The translations under genes were made by a program, and so were the position numbers. The notes under the pieces were generated by a model. The model was not told where the DNA came from. It was given only the letters and a program-made list of their open reading frames with translations, and did no database searches. Below are positions 1-10,787 of a DNA stretch of 64,000 nt, one piece after another. Each line of letters starts with the position of its first letter. Within the stretch, counting starts at the first letter, position 1. This DNA is from an uncultured Actinomycetota bacterium (GTDB taxonomy: Bacteria; Actinomycetota; Actinomycetes; JAHEKZ01): positions 1,184,001 to 1,248,000 of the forward strand of contig CAWHIJ010000003.1 of NCBI GenBank assembly GCA_963829525.1, read 5' to 3'.

Positions 1-300
1 TTCACATCTGCAGGGAACAACAACGGCAGTGCCTTCGCCGGGCTCAATGCCAACACCACCTTCTTCAACACAGCGCTCGGTATCGCTATGGCACTGGGTC
101 GCTTCATCCCGATGGTGCTGGTCCTGGGGCTGGCCGGATCGCTGGCGCAGCAGCGCCGTGCGCCGGAGACCGAGGGAACACTTCCGGCCCACGGGCCGCA
201 GTTCGTCGTACTCGTCGTCGGCGTCGCTCTCATCGTCGCCGCGCTCACCTACTTCCCCGCCCTGGCGCTGGGGCCGCTGGCCGAAGGGCTTTCGTCATGA
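1..300 (+). CDS. kdpA: Potassium-transporting ATPase subunit A, 3' end (truncated by window)
   Basis: Frame reads [14 protein letters not shown]...GRFIP...GTLP...[15 protein letters not shown], the KdpA C-terminus; overlaps kdpB start. Confidence 0.95.
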   Translation, partial: FTSAGNNNGSAFAGLNANTTFFNTALGIAMALGRFIPMVLVLGLAGSLAQQRRAPETEGTLPAHGPQFVVLVVGVALIVAALTYFPALALGPLAEGLSS

Positions 301-2366
301 GTACCGCCACCGCCACAAGCTCGGACGCGGGCCGTGCCCTCTTCCATCCCGCGCAGCTGCTCCTATCGGTACCGGATGCCGTACGCAAGCTCAGTCCGCG
401 TCAGATGGTCCGCAATCCCGTCATGTTCGTCGTACTGGTTGGGGCCGCGGGTTCGACGATGGTGGCTGTCGATGATCCGACTGTTTTCGCCTGGACGGTC
501 ACGGGATGGTTGTGGCTCACCGTCATCTTTGCGAACCTGGCCGAGGCTCTTGCCGAGGGACGCGGTCGGGCGCAGGCGGCGACACTTCGGAAGGCACGCA
601 CCGACACCACGGCCCGACGCCTGGTTGACGGCGGGGGAGATGAGCTGGTGCCAGCCACCGAACTCACGATTGGTGATCGGGTGCTGGTGGAGGCCGGTGA
701 GGTCATCCCCGGAGATGGCGACGTCATCGAAGGTGTGGCGAGTGTGGACGAGTCGGCAATCACCGGCGAATCGGCTCCGGTCATCAGGGAGTCAGGGGGC
801 GACCGCAGCGCCGTCACCGGCGGTACCCGGGTGCTGTCGGACCACATCGTGGTCGAGATCACCTCCAGGCCCGGCGAGACGTTCATCGACCGCATGATCG
901 CCCTGGTCGAAGGTGCCTCGCGACAGAAGACACCTAACGAAATCGCCCTCAACATTCTGCTCGCGAGTCTCACGATCGTCTTTCTGCTCGCGGTCGTCTC
1001 GCTGCAGCCACTTGCCGTGTACTCGGGTGAGCGACAGTCGATGATCGTGCTCCTCGCTCTTCTGGTGTGCCTCATTCCCACCACCATCGGTGCGTTGCTG
1101 TCGGCCATTGGGATCGCGGGCATGGACAGACTGGTGCAACGGAATGTGCTCGCCATGTCAGGAAGAGCTGTCGAGGCGGCGGGTGACGTTGACACCTTGC
1201 TTCTCGACAAGACCGGAACCATCACCCTGGGGAACCGGCAGGCGGCTGAGCTCATCCCGATGCCCGGGATCACGCCGGAAGCCCTCGCCGACGCCGCCCA
1301 ACTGTCGAGCCTCGCCGACGAGACTCCCGAGGGCCGCTCCATCGTCGTGCTCGCGAAACGCGAGTTCGGGTTCCGGGCACGCCAGAAAGGTGAGCTGGGA
1401 CACGCGACCTTCGTCCCCTTCACGGCCCAGACCCGCATGAGCGGAGTCGACCTCGACGAGGGCGGCAGCCAGCGCCAGATCCGCAAGGGGGCGGCGGCAG
1501 CCGTGCTCAGCTGGGTTCGCGACCGGGAGGACCGCGTGCCGCCCGAGGTCGGTACCGCAGTCGATGCAGTGTCGGTCTCCGGGGGTACGCCTCTTGTCGT
1601 CGCCGAGGCCGGTGTTTCCGGGGCCAAGGTCCTGGGCGTTATCCACCTGAAGGACGTGGTGAAGGAAGGAATGCGCGAGCGGTTCGACGAGCTGCGGCGC
1701 ATGGGCATCCGGACGGTGATGATCACCGGGGACAACCCGCTGACGGCTCGGGCCATCGCCGAGGAGGCGGGCGTCGACGACTTCCTGGCCGAAGCCACGC
1801 CGGAGGACAAGATGGCGTTGATCCGGCAGGAGCAGGCGGGTGGACGACTCGTGGCGATGACCGGGGACGGCACGAACGACGCACCGGCGCTAGCTCAGGC
1901 CGATGTTGGTGTCGCCATGAACAGCGGGACGTCGGCGGCGAAAGAGGCCGGAAACATGGTCGACCTTGACTCCAATCCGACGAAGCTCATTGAAATCATT
2001 GAGATTGGTAAGCAGCTGCTAATCACGCGCGGAGCTCTCACGACGTTCTCCATTGCCAACGACGTCGCGAAGTACTTCGCGATCATCCCGGCGATGTTCG
2101 CCGCTACCTACCCGGGCCTGAACACGCTCAATATCATGCACTTGTCGTCGCCGGAGTCGGCGATCCTGTCCGCGGTTGTCTTCAACGCACTGATCATCAT
2201 CGCCCTCGTTCCGCTGGCTCTTCGAGGAGTGCGATACCGGCCACAGTCGGCGTCGAAGATGCTGAGTCGCAATCTCCTTGTGTATGGCCTCGGCGGCCTG
2301 ATCGCCCCGTTCATCGGCATCAAGCTCATCGATGTGTTCGTCTCACTCATCCCCGGGATCGGCTGA
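297..2366 (+). CDS. kdpB: Potassium-transporting P-type ATPase subunit B
   Basis: TGES, DKTGT phosphorylation motif, [16 protein letters not shown]; 689 aa. Confidence 0.98.
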   Translation: MSTATATSSDAGRALFHPAQLLLSVPDAVRKLSPRQMVRNPVMFVVLVGAAGSTMVAVDDPTVFAWTVTGWLWLTVIFANLAEALAEGRGRAQAATLRKARTDTTARRLVDGGGDELVPATELTIGDRVLVEAGEVIPGDGDVIEGVASVDESAITGESAPVIRESGGDRSAVTGGTRVLSDHIVVEITSRPGETFIDRMIALVEGASRQKTPNEIALNILLASLTIVFLLAVVSLQPLAVYSGERQSMIVLLALLVCLIPTTIGALLSAIGIAGMDRLVQRNVLAMSGRAVEAAGDVDTLLLDKTGTITLGNRQAAELIPMPGITPEALADAAQLSSLADETPEGRSIVVLAKREFGFRARQKGELGHATFVPFTAQTRMSGVDLDEGGSQRQIRKGAAAAVLSWVRDREDRVPPEVGTAVDAVSVSGGTPLVVAEAGVSGAKVLGVIHLKDVVKEGMRERFDELRRMGIRTVMITGDNPLTARAIAEEAGVDDFLAEATPEDKMALIRQEQAGGRLVAMTGDGTNDAPALAQADVGVAMNSGTSAAKEAGNMVDLDSNPTKLIEIIEIGKQLLITRGALTTFSIANDVAKYFAIIPAMFAATYPGLNTLNIMHLSSPESAILSAVVFNALIIIALVPLALRGVRYRPQSASKMLSRNLLVYGLGGLIAPFIGIKLIDVFVSLIPGIG

Positions 2367-2367
2367 C

Positions 2368-2949
2368 ATGTCACACGCCCTGCGTTACTTCACCGTGTCG
2401 GTGCGCACGCTGCTGTTGATGACCATCGTGCTTGGTGTGGCCTACCCCCTTGCTGTCTGGGGAGTCGGCCAAGTTGCCTTCCGCTCTCAAGCTAATGGCT
2501 CCATGGTGCAGCAGAACGGCCTGGCCGTCGGGTCGTCACTGATCGGGCAGAACTTTGACGGACCCGAATGGTTCCACTCGCGTCCGTCGGCCGCTGGTGG
2601 TGGATATGACGCGATGAGCTCGGGGGCGTCGAACCTGGGGCCGACAAGTCCGACGCTTCTCCGTCTCGTAGAGAAGCGTCGGGTTCAGGCGGCCGAGGAG
2701 AACGGGGTAGAGCCCGACCGGATCCCACCCGAGGCGCTCACCGCCAGCGGCAGCGGCCTCGACCCCCACATCTCCCCTGAGTACGCGGCGCTCCAGGTGG
2801 AACGTGTGGCGCGCGTTCGCGGTCTCGATACCGACCAGGTTCGCACCCTGGTGGACCAGAACACAGAAGGCCGCGTCCTCGGCTTTCTTGGTGAGCCCCG
2901 AGTGAACGTCCTCGAACTCAACCTCGCCCTCGAGAATCTTCAGAACTAG
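2368..2949 (+). CDS. kdpC: Potassium-transporting ATPase subunit C
   Basis: N-terminal TM helix, QANGS, SLIGQ, TASGSGLDPHIS, GEPRVNVLELNLAL. Confidence 0.97.
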   Translation: MSHALRYFTVSVRTLLLMTIVLGVAYPLAVWGVGQVAFRSQANGSMVQQNGLAVGSSLIGQNFDGPEWFHSRPSAAGGGYDAMSSGASNLGPTSPTLLRLVEKRRVQAAEENGVEPDRIPPEALTASGSGLDPHISPEYAALQVERVARVRGLDTDQVRTLVDQNTEGRVLGFLGEPRVNVLELNLALENLQN

Positions 2950-2965
2950 CTGAGAGAATGATCCC

Positions 2966-5497
2966 GTGACGCGCGGACGGCTGAGGGTCTACCTGGGTGC
3001 GGCCCCGGGTGTGGGCAAGACGTTCGCGATGCTCGACGAAGGGCGGCGCCGATCCGATCGCGGAACCGATGTCGTCATCGGGTTCGTCGAGGACCACGGA
3101 CGCCAGAAGACCCGGGAGAAGACTCTCGGACTGGAGGTGGTGCCCCGCAGAACAGTCGAGTACCGAGGCGTCACGTTCGAGGAGATGGATCTCGATGCCG
3201 TGCTGGCGCGCAGACCGGCAGTCGCCTTGGTCGACGAGCTGGCGCACACGAATGTGCCGGGCGTGAGCAACGACAAGAGGTGGCAGGACGTCGACGTGCT
3301 CCTGGACGCGGGCATCGATGTGGTCACCACGGTCAACATCCAGCATTTGGAGTCACTCAACGACGTCGTGGAGTCGATCACCGGGATCGGGCAGCGAGAG
3401 ACCGTTCCTGACGAGGTGGTGCGTCGGGCCGATCAGATCGAGCTGGTCGACATGTCCCCGGAGGCCCTACGCCGCCGTATGGTCCACGGCAACGTCTACC
3501 CCACGGAGCGCATCGACGCCGCGCTGACGAACTACTTCCGGCTCGGCAACCTCTCGGCACTGCGCGAGCTGGCGCTGCTGTGGGTGGCGGACCGCGTCGA
3601 CGAGGGCCTCGACCGCTACCGCCAACAACACGGAATCGAGACGCCGTGGCCGGCACGGGATCGGATCGTCGTTGCCCTCACGGGGGGTCCCGAGGGGGAC
3701 GCCCTGATTCGCCGAGGGGCGCGCATAGCCGGTCGTAGCGCGGGTCGCGACCTGCTTGCGGTGCATGTCAATCGTGGCGACGGAATGTCTGCGAACCAGC
3801 CTCAGGCGCTGGAGCGACAGCGCGGTCTGGTGGAGAGCCTCGGAGGCACCTACCACTCCGTGGTCGGTGAAGATGTTGCCGAGGCGCTGCTCGACTTCGC
3901 ACGTGGGGTCAACGCCAGCCAGCTCGTGATCGGGGCGAGTCGTCGAGGTCGTTTCGCAAGCATGGTGCAGCCGTGGACGGGGGAGGCGGTAGTCCGCGGC
4001 TCCGGGGACATCGACGTTCATGTGGTCACGCACGATCACGGCAACGGACGCGCAGTGCAACGGGGTCGACGGGGGTTGTCGCTCAGTCGTCGGCGAGCGG
4101 GGTGGGCGCTCGCGGTGCTGTCCCCCTGGGCGCTGACCGGTCTGCTGCTCGTCGTTGGTGGCGATCTCGGTCTGGAGACGGATCTCCTGCTCTTCCTTGC
4201 CCTGACGGTGAGCATTGCCCTGGTCGGTGGCTTGTGGCCCGCGCTCTTCGGGGCAGTCCTCTCCAGCCTGCTGCTCAACTTCTTCTTCACCTCACCGACT
4301 GGCACTTTGACCATCGCCGAGGCAGAGAACGCGCTCGGACTACTGGTCTTCGTCGTCGTGGCCAGTGCCGTGGCCGTGGTGGTAGACGGCTCCGCCCGCC
4401 GAGCCACGGCGGCGACCCGGGCGCAGGCTGAGGCGCAGGTGCTGTCCACGCTCACCGGAGACATCGTCAGATCGGACACCGGAATCTCAGCGTTGTTGGA
4501 CCGTCTGCGGGAGTCGTTCAGTCAGGACTCCGTCGCGCTCGTGGAGCGTGGCGACTCCCGGGCTCCGTGGTCGGCTGCCGCTAGCGTCGGCCTGAATCCG
4601 CCAGCCGGTCCGAAGGATGCCGACACCACGGTTCCCATCGACGAGAACATGGCACTCGTCCTTCGTGGCCGGCCACTGAATGCCAACGATCGTCGAGTGC
4701 TTGACGCCTTCGCGGCGCACACCGTCGCCCTGCTAAACCGCGACAGGCTGCAGGCTCAGGCCCAGAAGGCCGAGCACCTCGCCGAGGTGGACGAGCTCCG
4801 CAATGCGATCCTCGCCGCCGTGTCCCACGATGTCCGCACCCCGTTGTCGGCTATCAAGGCAGGGATCAGCAGTCTGCGGCAGCAGGATGTCGACTGGAGC
4901 CAGGACGAGCGGGACGAGCTCATGTTGACGGTCGAGGATGGCGCCGACCGATTGGACGCCCTCTTGACCAACCTTCTGGACCTGAGCCGGCTGCAGTCCG
5001 GGGCAGTACGACCCCGAGCAGACGAGGTCGCAGTCGTCGATGCCGTGGCCCGGGCCGCCTCGACCCTCCCTGCGGCGGCCTTGGTCATCGACATCCCCGA
5101 CGATCTCCCGGCAGTCGTTGCCGATGCCGGCCTATTGGAGCGCGTGCTCGCGAACGTTCTCGAGAATGCAGCCCGCCACAACCTGCCGGGAACTCCCGTG
5201 CGTGTCCTGGCTTTCGCCTCCGACGACGGTGTACGTGTGTTGATAGCCGACTCCGGCCCGGGCGTTCCGGACTCCGACAAGCAGCGGATGTTCGACGCCT
5301 TCCAGCGGCTCGGCGACTCGCCGCAAGGGAGTGGAATAGGGCTGGGGCTCGCGGTGGCGCGAGGGCTCGCGCGTGCGCAGCAGGGGACGCTTGAGGCAGA
5401 GGACACCCCAGGTGGGGGCCTCACCATGGTCTTGACCCTCCCGGCCGCTGCCCCTGGGTCGACCGAGGCGCATTCGATGGCCGGGGTCGCTCCGTGA
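2966..5497 (+). CDS. kdpD: Sensor histidine kinase KdpD
   Basis: GAAPGVGKT, LVDELAHTN, Usp-like domain, 4 TM, SHDVRTPL H-box, GIGLGL. Confidence 0.97.
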   Translation: MTRGRLRVYLGAAPGVGKTFAMLDEGRRRSDRGTDVVIGFVEDHGRQKTREKTLGLEVVPRRTVEYRGVTFEEMDLDAVLARRPAVALVDELAHTNVPGVSNDKRWQDVDVLLDAGIDVVTTVNIQHLESLNDVVESITGIGQRETVPDEVVRRADQIELVDMSPEALRRRMVHGNVYPTERIDAALTNYFRLGNLSALRELALLWVADRVDEGLDRYRQQHGIETPWPARDRIVVALTGGPEGDALIRRGARIAGRSAGRDLLAVHVNRGDGMSANQPQALERQRGLVESLGGTYHSVVGEDVAEALLDFARGVNASQLVIGASRRGRFASMVQPWTGEAVVRGSGDIDVHVVTHDHGNGRAVQRGRRGLSLSRRRAGWALAVLSPWALTGLLLVVGGDLGLETDLLLFLALTVSIALVGGLWPALFGAVLSSLLLNFFFTSPTGTLTIAEAENALGLLVFVVVASAVAVVVDGSARRATAATRAQAEAQVLSTLTGDIVRSDTGISALLDRLRESFSQDSVALVERGDSRAPWSAAASVGLNPPAGPKDADTTVPIDENMALVLRGRPLNANDRRVLDAFAAHTVALLNRDRLQAQAQKAEHLAEVDELRNAILAAVSHDVRTPLSAIKAGISSLRQQDVDWSQDERDELMLTVEDGADRLDALLTNLLDLSRLQSGAVRPRADEVAVVDAVARAASTLPAAALVIDIPDDLPAVVADAGLLERVLANVLENAARHNLPGTPVRVLAFASDDGVRVLIADSGPGVPDSDKQRMFDAFQRLGDSPQGSGIGLGLAVARGLARAQQGTLEAEDTPGGGLTMVLTLPAAAPGSTEAHSMAGVAP

Positions 5498-6198
5498 GCG
5501 GGGACCGGGTTCTGGTCGTCGAGGACGATGCCAACCTGGCCCGCGCCCTGGCCATCAACCTGCGTGCCCGCGGCTACACGGTGGACCTCGCATCGAATGG
5601 GACGTCTGCTCTGCACCTGGCTTCGCACCGAAGTCCCGATGTCGTCGTCCTCGACCTCGGGCTCCCGGATATGGACGGAACCGAGGTCATTGCGGGAGTA
5701 CGGGGGTGGTCCAAGATGCCGATCATCGTCCTGTCGGCCCGACAGACGTCTCACGACAAGGTGGATGCGCTCGATGCCGGGGCAGACGACTACGTGACCA
5801 AACCCTTCGCGATGGACGAGCTGCTTGCGCGCCTCCGCGCGGCGATCCGGCGATCCGGCGTTGAAGGCTCAGAAACCGTGGCGGTGACCACTCCAGACTT
5901 CAGTGTGGACCTGGCGACGCACCAAGTGACCAGGGACGGCCGCGTCGTCAAGTTGACTCCCAGGGAGTGGGGCATGCTCGAGACTCTCGTGCGCAATAGC
6001 GGCCGCCTCGTCAGCCAGCAGCAGCTGCTCCTGGCCGTATGGGGGCCCGGATACGACACCGAGACGCACTACCTGCGCGTGTACATGGCGCAGTTGAGAC
6101 GCAAGCTGGAGCCCGATCCAGCACGTCCGGTCTATCTGATCACTGAGCCCGGGATGGGATACCGATTTGTGGAGCCAGTACCGGACGCCTCCAACTGA
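5494..6198 (+). CDS. kdpE: OmpR-family response regulator KdpE
   Basis: LDLGLPDMDG, GADDYVTKPF, HYLRVYMAQLRRKLE; overlaps kdpD stop. Confidence 0.96.
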   Translation: MSGDRVLVVEDDANLARALAINLRARGYTVDLASNGTSALHLASHRSPDVVVLDLGLPDMDGTEVIAGVRGWSKMPIIVLSARQTSHDKVDALDAGADDYVTKPFAMDELLARLRAAIRRSGVEGSETVAVTTPDFSVDLATHQVTRDGRVVKLTPREWGMLETLVRNSGRLVSQQQLLLAVWGPGYDTETHYLRVYMAQLRRKLEPDPARPVYLITEPGMGYRFVEPVPDASN

Positions 6199-6206
6199 GC
6201 GCCTCT

Positions 6207-6602
6207 CTACTGGCCCTCCGACAAATCTCTGGTTGCACCCGGAGATTGTGGTCCCACCGAGCAACTCGACGAGCGGGTCACGAAGTGGCGCTCGTCGCCC
6301 GCGGCGAGTGAGAAGCCTTCAGGCGGACCGTTGGCGACGTCAAGCAGGAACTGGTCATGACCCCATGCCTTGTCGAGCTGGGCATCGATGTAGAACGGGC
6401 AGCCGTCGATCACACCGAGTAGTACGTCGCCGTCCCCAACCAGAAACTCACCGTCGGGATAGCACATCGGTGTGCTGCCAGCGCAGCAGCCGCCGGACTG
6501 GACAAACATCACTGGGCCCCCGATGGCGGCGCGCAGGCCAACGATGGAACTGCGCGCCGCCGGGGTGGCAGTGATGCGGACCGGCTCAATCGTCTGGGCC
6601 AT
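6207..6602 (-). CDS. DUF779 family protein
   Basis: QSGGCCAGSTPMCYP motif; directly downstream of an aldehyde dehydrogenase, the usual DUF779 context. Confidence 0.9.
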   Translation of the reverse strand: MAQTIEPVRITATPAARSSIVGLRAAIGGPVMFVQSGGCCAGSTPMCYPDGEFLVGDGDVLLGVIDGCPFYIDAQLDKAWGHDQFLLDVANGPPEGFSLAAGDERHFVTRSSSCSVGPQSPGATRDLSEGQ

Positions 6603-6609
6603 CTTGGTC

Positions 6610-8130
6610 TCAGAAGAGTCCGAGCGGCTTCGTGCTGTAGCTGACGAGCAGGTTCTTCGTCTGGCTGTAGTGGTCGAGCATCATGCGGTGGTTCTCCCGA
6701 CCAATGCCGGAGATCTTGTAGCCGCCGAATGCCGCGCCCGCTGGGTACTCGTGGTAGCAGTTGGTCCACACCCGACCTGCTTTGATCTTGCGACCCATCG
6801 TGTAGGCGCGGGAGCCGTCACGTGTCCACACTCCGGCACCGAGGCCGTAGAGGGTGTCATTGGCGATCTCGAGTGCCTCGGCGTCGTCCTTGAAGGTGGT
6901 GACGGCGAGGACGGGCCCGAAGATCTCCTCCTGGAACACGCGCATCTTGTTGTGCCCCTTCAGCACGGTTGGCTGGAAGTAGTACCCGTCGGCGAACTCG
7001 CTGTCGACGTTGGCACGCTCGCCGCCGATGAGTACCTCAGCGCCTTCGTTGCGGCCGATCTCGACGTAGGAGGCGATCTTCTCCAGCTGCTGGGCAGATA
7101 CCTGGGCGCCAAGCTGGGTAGCGGTGTCGAGCGGATTGCCCTGCTTGATTGCTTCGATGCGGCCCAGGGCACGCGCCATGAACTCGTCGTAGATGTCCTG
7201 CTGGATGAGTGCCCTTGACGGAGCCGTGCACACCTCGCCCTTGTTGAAGGCATAGAGCACGAGGCCTTCGACGGCCTTGTCGAGGAAGTCGTCATCGTGA
7301 GCCATCACGTCACTGAAGAAGATGTTCGGCGACTTACCACCGAGTTCAACGGTGGACGGGATGAGGTTCTGTGCGGCGTACTGCATGATCAGCCTGCCGG
7401 TCACAGTCTCACCCGTGAAACCGATCTTGGCGATTCGTGGGTTCGTCGCGAGTGCTTTGCCGATCTCAGCGCCAGGGCCGTTGACGACGTTGATGACACC
7501 GGGCGGCAGGACGTCCTCGATAACCTCCATGAGCTTGAGGATCGACCACGGAGTCGGAGAGGCAGGCTTCATGACCGAGCAGTTGCCGGCGGCGAGTGCG
7601 GGTGCAAGCTTCCAGGCCGCCATCAGCAGCGGGAAGTTGAACGGGATGATCTGGCCGACTACACCTAGGGGCTCGCGGAAATGGTAAGCGACGAGGTCCT
7701 TGTTGATCTCGGTCGAACGACCCTCCTCGGAACGTGCGGCAGCGGCGAAGTACCGGAAGTGATCTACCACCAGCGGAAGGTCGGCGCCCAGAGTCTCACG
7801 GACCGGCTTGCCGTTCTCCCAGCTCTCTGCGACTGCGAGCATTTCCTTGTTGGCGTCGATCGCGTCCGCGATTGCATTGAGCACTGCGGCCCGCTCTGTC
7901 GAAGAGGCTTCACCCCACGCATCTCTTGCTGCGTGTGCGGCGTCGAGTGCCAACTCAATGTCAGCGGGCGTTGACTGGGCGATCTCGGCGATCGGGCGAC
8001 CGGTAGCCGGGCTCAGGTTCACTCGGTACTTCCCGTCCATCGGGGCGAGCCACTTTCCCCCGATGAAGTTGTCATAGCGTGGGTTGACAGTGACGATGCT
8101 TTCCGGTTGACCGGGGGCGGCGTACTTCAT
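6610..8130 (-). CDS. Aldehyde dehydrogenase (ExaC/AldB/AcoD-like)
   Basis: [21 protein letters not shown], catalytic Cys in GEVCT, EEIFGPV; start taken at ATG 8130 after GGGAG. Confidence 0.95.
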   Translation of the reverse strand: MKYAAPGQPESIVTVNPRYDNFIGGKWLAPMDGKYRVNLSPATGRPIAEIAQSTPADIELALDAAHAARDAWGEASSTERAAVLNAIADAIDANKEMLAVAESWENGKPVRETLGADLPLVVDHFRYFAAAARSEEGRSTEINKDLVAYHFREPLGVVGQIIPFNFPLLMAAWKLAPALAAGNCSVMKPASPTPWSILKLMEVIEDVLPPGVINVVNGPGAEIGKALATNPRIAKIGFTGETVTGRLIMQYAAQNLIPSTVELGGKSPNIFFSDVMAHDDDFLDKAVEGLVLYAFNKGEVCTAPSRALIQQDIYDEFMARALGRIEAIKQGNPLDTATQLGAQVSAQQLEKIASYVEIGRNEGAEVLIGGERANVDSEFADGYYFQPTVLKGHNKMRVFQEEIFGPVLAVTTFKDDAEALEIANDTLYGLGAGVWTRDGSRAYTMGRKIKAGRVWTNCYHEYPAGAAFGGYKISGIGRENHRMMLDHYSQTKNLLVSYSTKPLGLF

Positions 8131-8300
8131 GACGTTCTCCCTTGTTCCAAGTGGAATTGGGCCTCGTCGAAGACGGGGCGACCCCCGCGAATTCTCCATC
8201 GGTAGCGGCACGGGGCGCCTAACTGCCACTTAACGGCACCATCGAGCCGGTCGTCAGAGGCGAACGTCCCCTCTGCGTCGGAAGTGCTAAGGGCTCGTCG

Positions 8301-8756
8301 TCAGGAGTTCGTTCCCTGGAACAGTGAGGACAGATCGAGGGATGGGACGTGGCGGCGGGAGGCCAAGGAGACGTACTGACGGGCGAGGGCATCCTTGCCC
8401 GCGCCGAGGACAGTACTGAGCAGGCCGATGGCCTCGGCCAGATCGGCGGGTGGCTCCGCGAGGACCACGCGTCGCCACATCGCTTCCTCGAGCGCGTTGA
8501 ACGCTGTCTGGACCTCCGAGACGTCGAACCCGGCATCGAAGCGCTCAATGGCGACTTGCTGGGAGTAGGCGACAACCGACGACAGGTCCCGGTCCCGGAT
8601 GGCACTCACCACGAGGGTGAAGAGGTCCGCGAGCCGTTGCCGGGTGAGCTGCTCACCTGCGCGCTCGTAGTGCGTGACGTGTGAGCGCTGAAGTGCCGAG
8701 AACGCCTCGTCGAGGACCTGTGGCTCGGCCTTCAGCAGGATGGTGTCAAGGTCCAC
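8301..8756 (-). CDS. Small all-helical protein, RsbRD N-terminal (globin-like) domain-like
   Basis: GGAGG RBS then GTG; helical; ERFDAGFDVSEV resembles the R-x3-GF-x3-EV signature of RsbRD_N domains. Confidence 0.6.
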   Translation of the reverse strand: MDLDTILLKAEPQVLDEAFSALQRSHVTHYERAGEQLTRQRLADLFTLVVSAIRDRDLSSVVAYSQQVAIERFDAGFDVSEVQTAFNALEEAMWRRVVLAEPPADLAEAIGLLSTVLGAGKDALARQYVSLASRRHVPSLDLSSLFQGTNS

Positions 8757-8817
8757 GGTGCTGCACCTCCAGGGGGTTACGGCGATCGTCCCACAAACAG
8801 GCCCGGCTGCCTCGACG

Positions 8818-10787
8818 TCAGGTCGTGAGGACTTGCTCAGCCGATCCGTTGGCTTCCGGTCGGCACACCCGGCGCACCCGCACGACCTGGGCTACCAGAA
8901 TGGTCAAGACGATGATGACCAGCCCAAAGAGTGTGAAGGCCAAGGCTCTTCCTACCCCAGCTAGAGCTCGTGGAGGCGGAGGAGAGTAGAGCGAAGCAGC
9001 CTCGGTGACGTCGAGGCTCGTCGTTCCGGTCACGGGATCCCCGTAAATGTCGGGCAGGTAGGTGGCTGAGATGGTTCGAGGCCCAGTGACTGCTGCTACA
9101 TACGTCACTGCAGCAGTTCCGGTGTCGTCAGTCTCGATACCGCCGAGTGGAACCTGATTGTCACCTGGAGCGAACATCGACGTGCTTTCGTAGAAGTTCA
9201 CCAGCGCACCCGCAACAGGGCTTCCCATCCGCGGTAACCGTCGCCGTGACGGTGTTATCGAGCCCATCTTCGACTGCGACCACCTTGATGATGGGTTTCT
9301 TCGCGGCGCCGGTCGCGATGGAAGGGCCGGACGCGGCGTAGGCAGGTTCTGCTTTGGTGACACCCATTGCGCCGAGCGCGACCATGAGCAAGATCACCGC
9401 TCCCAAAGCGCCAGCCGCTTGTCCGTGTGAGGATCTGCCAGAGATAGCAGGCTCGGGAACTGGCACGTTGGCTTCGCCCGTCACCTCCTGCATCTCAGCG
9501 ATGGACAGCAACGGAAAGACGCGGAACAGGAGCATCAACAGCAGCGGAATCGCGGCAACGCCACCGAGGGTCACCGCTATCGAGACCCAGGTGAACTGGA
9601 AGAGATCGCCGAAGGAGTTCGTCAGTCGGTCGTAGCCGGAGGTCTCGATCACCATAGTGACCCGTTTGATCCACATTGCGATTACGACGAGAACGGCTGC
9701 GACGACGATGCCCCAGATGTTCCTTGTCCAAGGAAGGGCAAGGATCACGATGGGCAGGATCGTTCCTGCGACGAGGAAGAGCCAGAACCAAACGGCAACG
9801 CCTCCGAGCAGCATGCCGCAGATGATCTGGGTGGGACCGGCTTCCCCGACGTAGGCGCTGGGGAGCAGGTCGGCGAAGGTCAGGTAGACGTACACCGCAC
9901 CGAGCGCCACCATCAGGTACCCAAGTCGCACGAAGTGCTTCTCGGTGATGAAGCCCTCCAGGTGGTAGCCGCGTCGGAACCCTGCGGTGACGAGGATGAC
10001 CAGGGCAACCCCGGAGTAGAGAGCTGCGATCACGAAGTAGGGAGCCCAAATACTCTCGTGCCAACCGGGTCGACTGACAAGGGCGAACGCCCAAGCCAAC
10101 ACAGAGTGCACCGAGACAGCCAGCGGAATGATGACGATCGCAACGATGATCATCGCGGAGTGGAGCACTCGGCGCTGTTCCATCGAGCCGACCCAGCCCC
10201 GAGAAATGAACCGATACACAAAGCGACGTCCGCGTCCGAGCTCATCGGGATGTGAGTCCAGAAGGGTCGCGGTGTCGGGTACCAGCGGGAGCAGGAAGAA
10301 GACGAACGTGGCAAAGGTGTACGTGAGGATCGCCACCATGTCCCAGAACACTGGCGAAGCGATGTTGGCATGGGTCACCATGCCAAGGAGTCGATCGGGC
10401 CGGCCCAGGTGCGGAATGATGAAGGCGGCCCCGACAATGACCGTGACGAGAGCCATACCTTCTGCCAGACGTACCAACGGCGCCCGCCATGAGGCCCCGG
10501 TCAAGCAGGAGGATGGCCGACACCACGGCACCGCCGTAGGAGACCCCGATGATGGCGACGACGTCGGCAATGTAGATGGCCCAGAACGACCTGTCTGTGT
10601 AGCCGGCCACCCCCATGCCCTGTGACAGCTGATAGATCCACGCGGCGAGACCGATGACGACGAGAATGCTCAACAACGCGACGGCAATCCAGAACCTCTT
10701 GCTTGCGGGTCGGAAGGGTCGCATCGCGGCCTCGACGACGTCCGTCTGCGTGGTCGTCACCATGGTTGATTCAAGGACGCCGCTCAT
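8818..10787 (-). pseudogene. NrfD/PsrC-family membrane subunit with C-terminal Ig-like domain and TM anchor; two +1 indels, probably sequencing errors
   Basis: FWAIYIADVV, HLGRPDR, SPVFWD, SVHSV, RPGWH motifs; indels near 10508 and 9219; removing two bases gives one 655-aa ORF. Confidence 0.85.
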
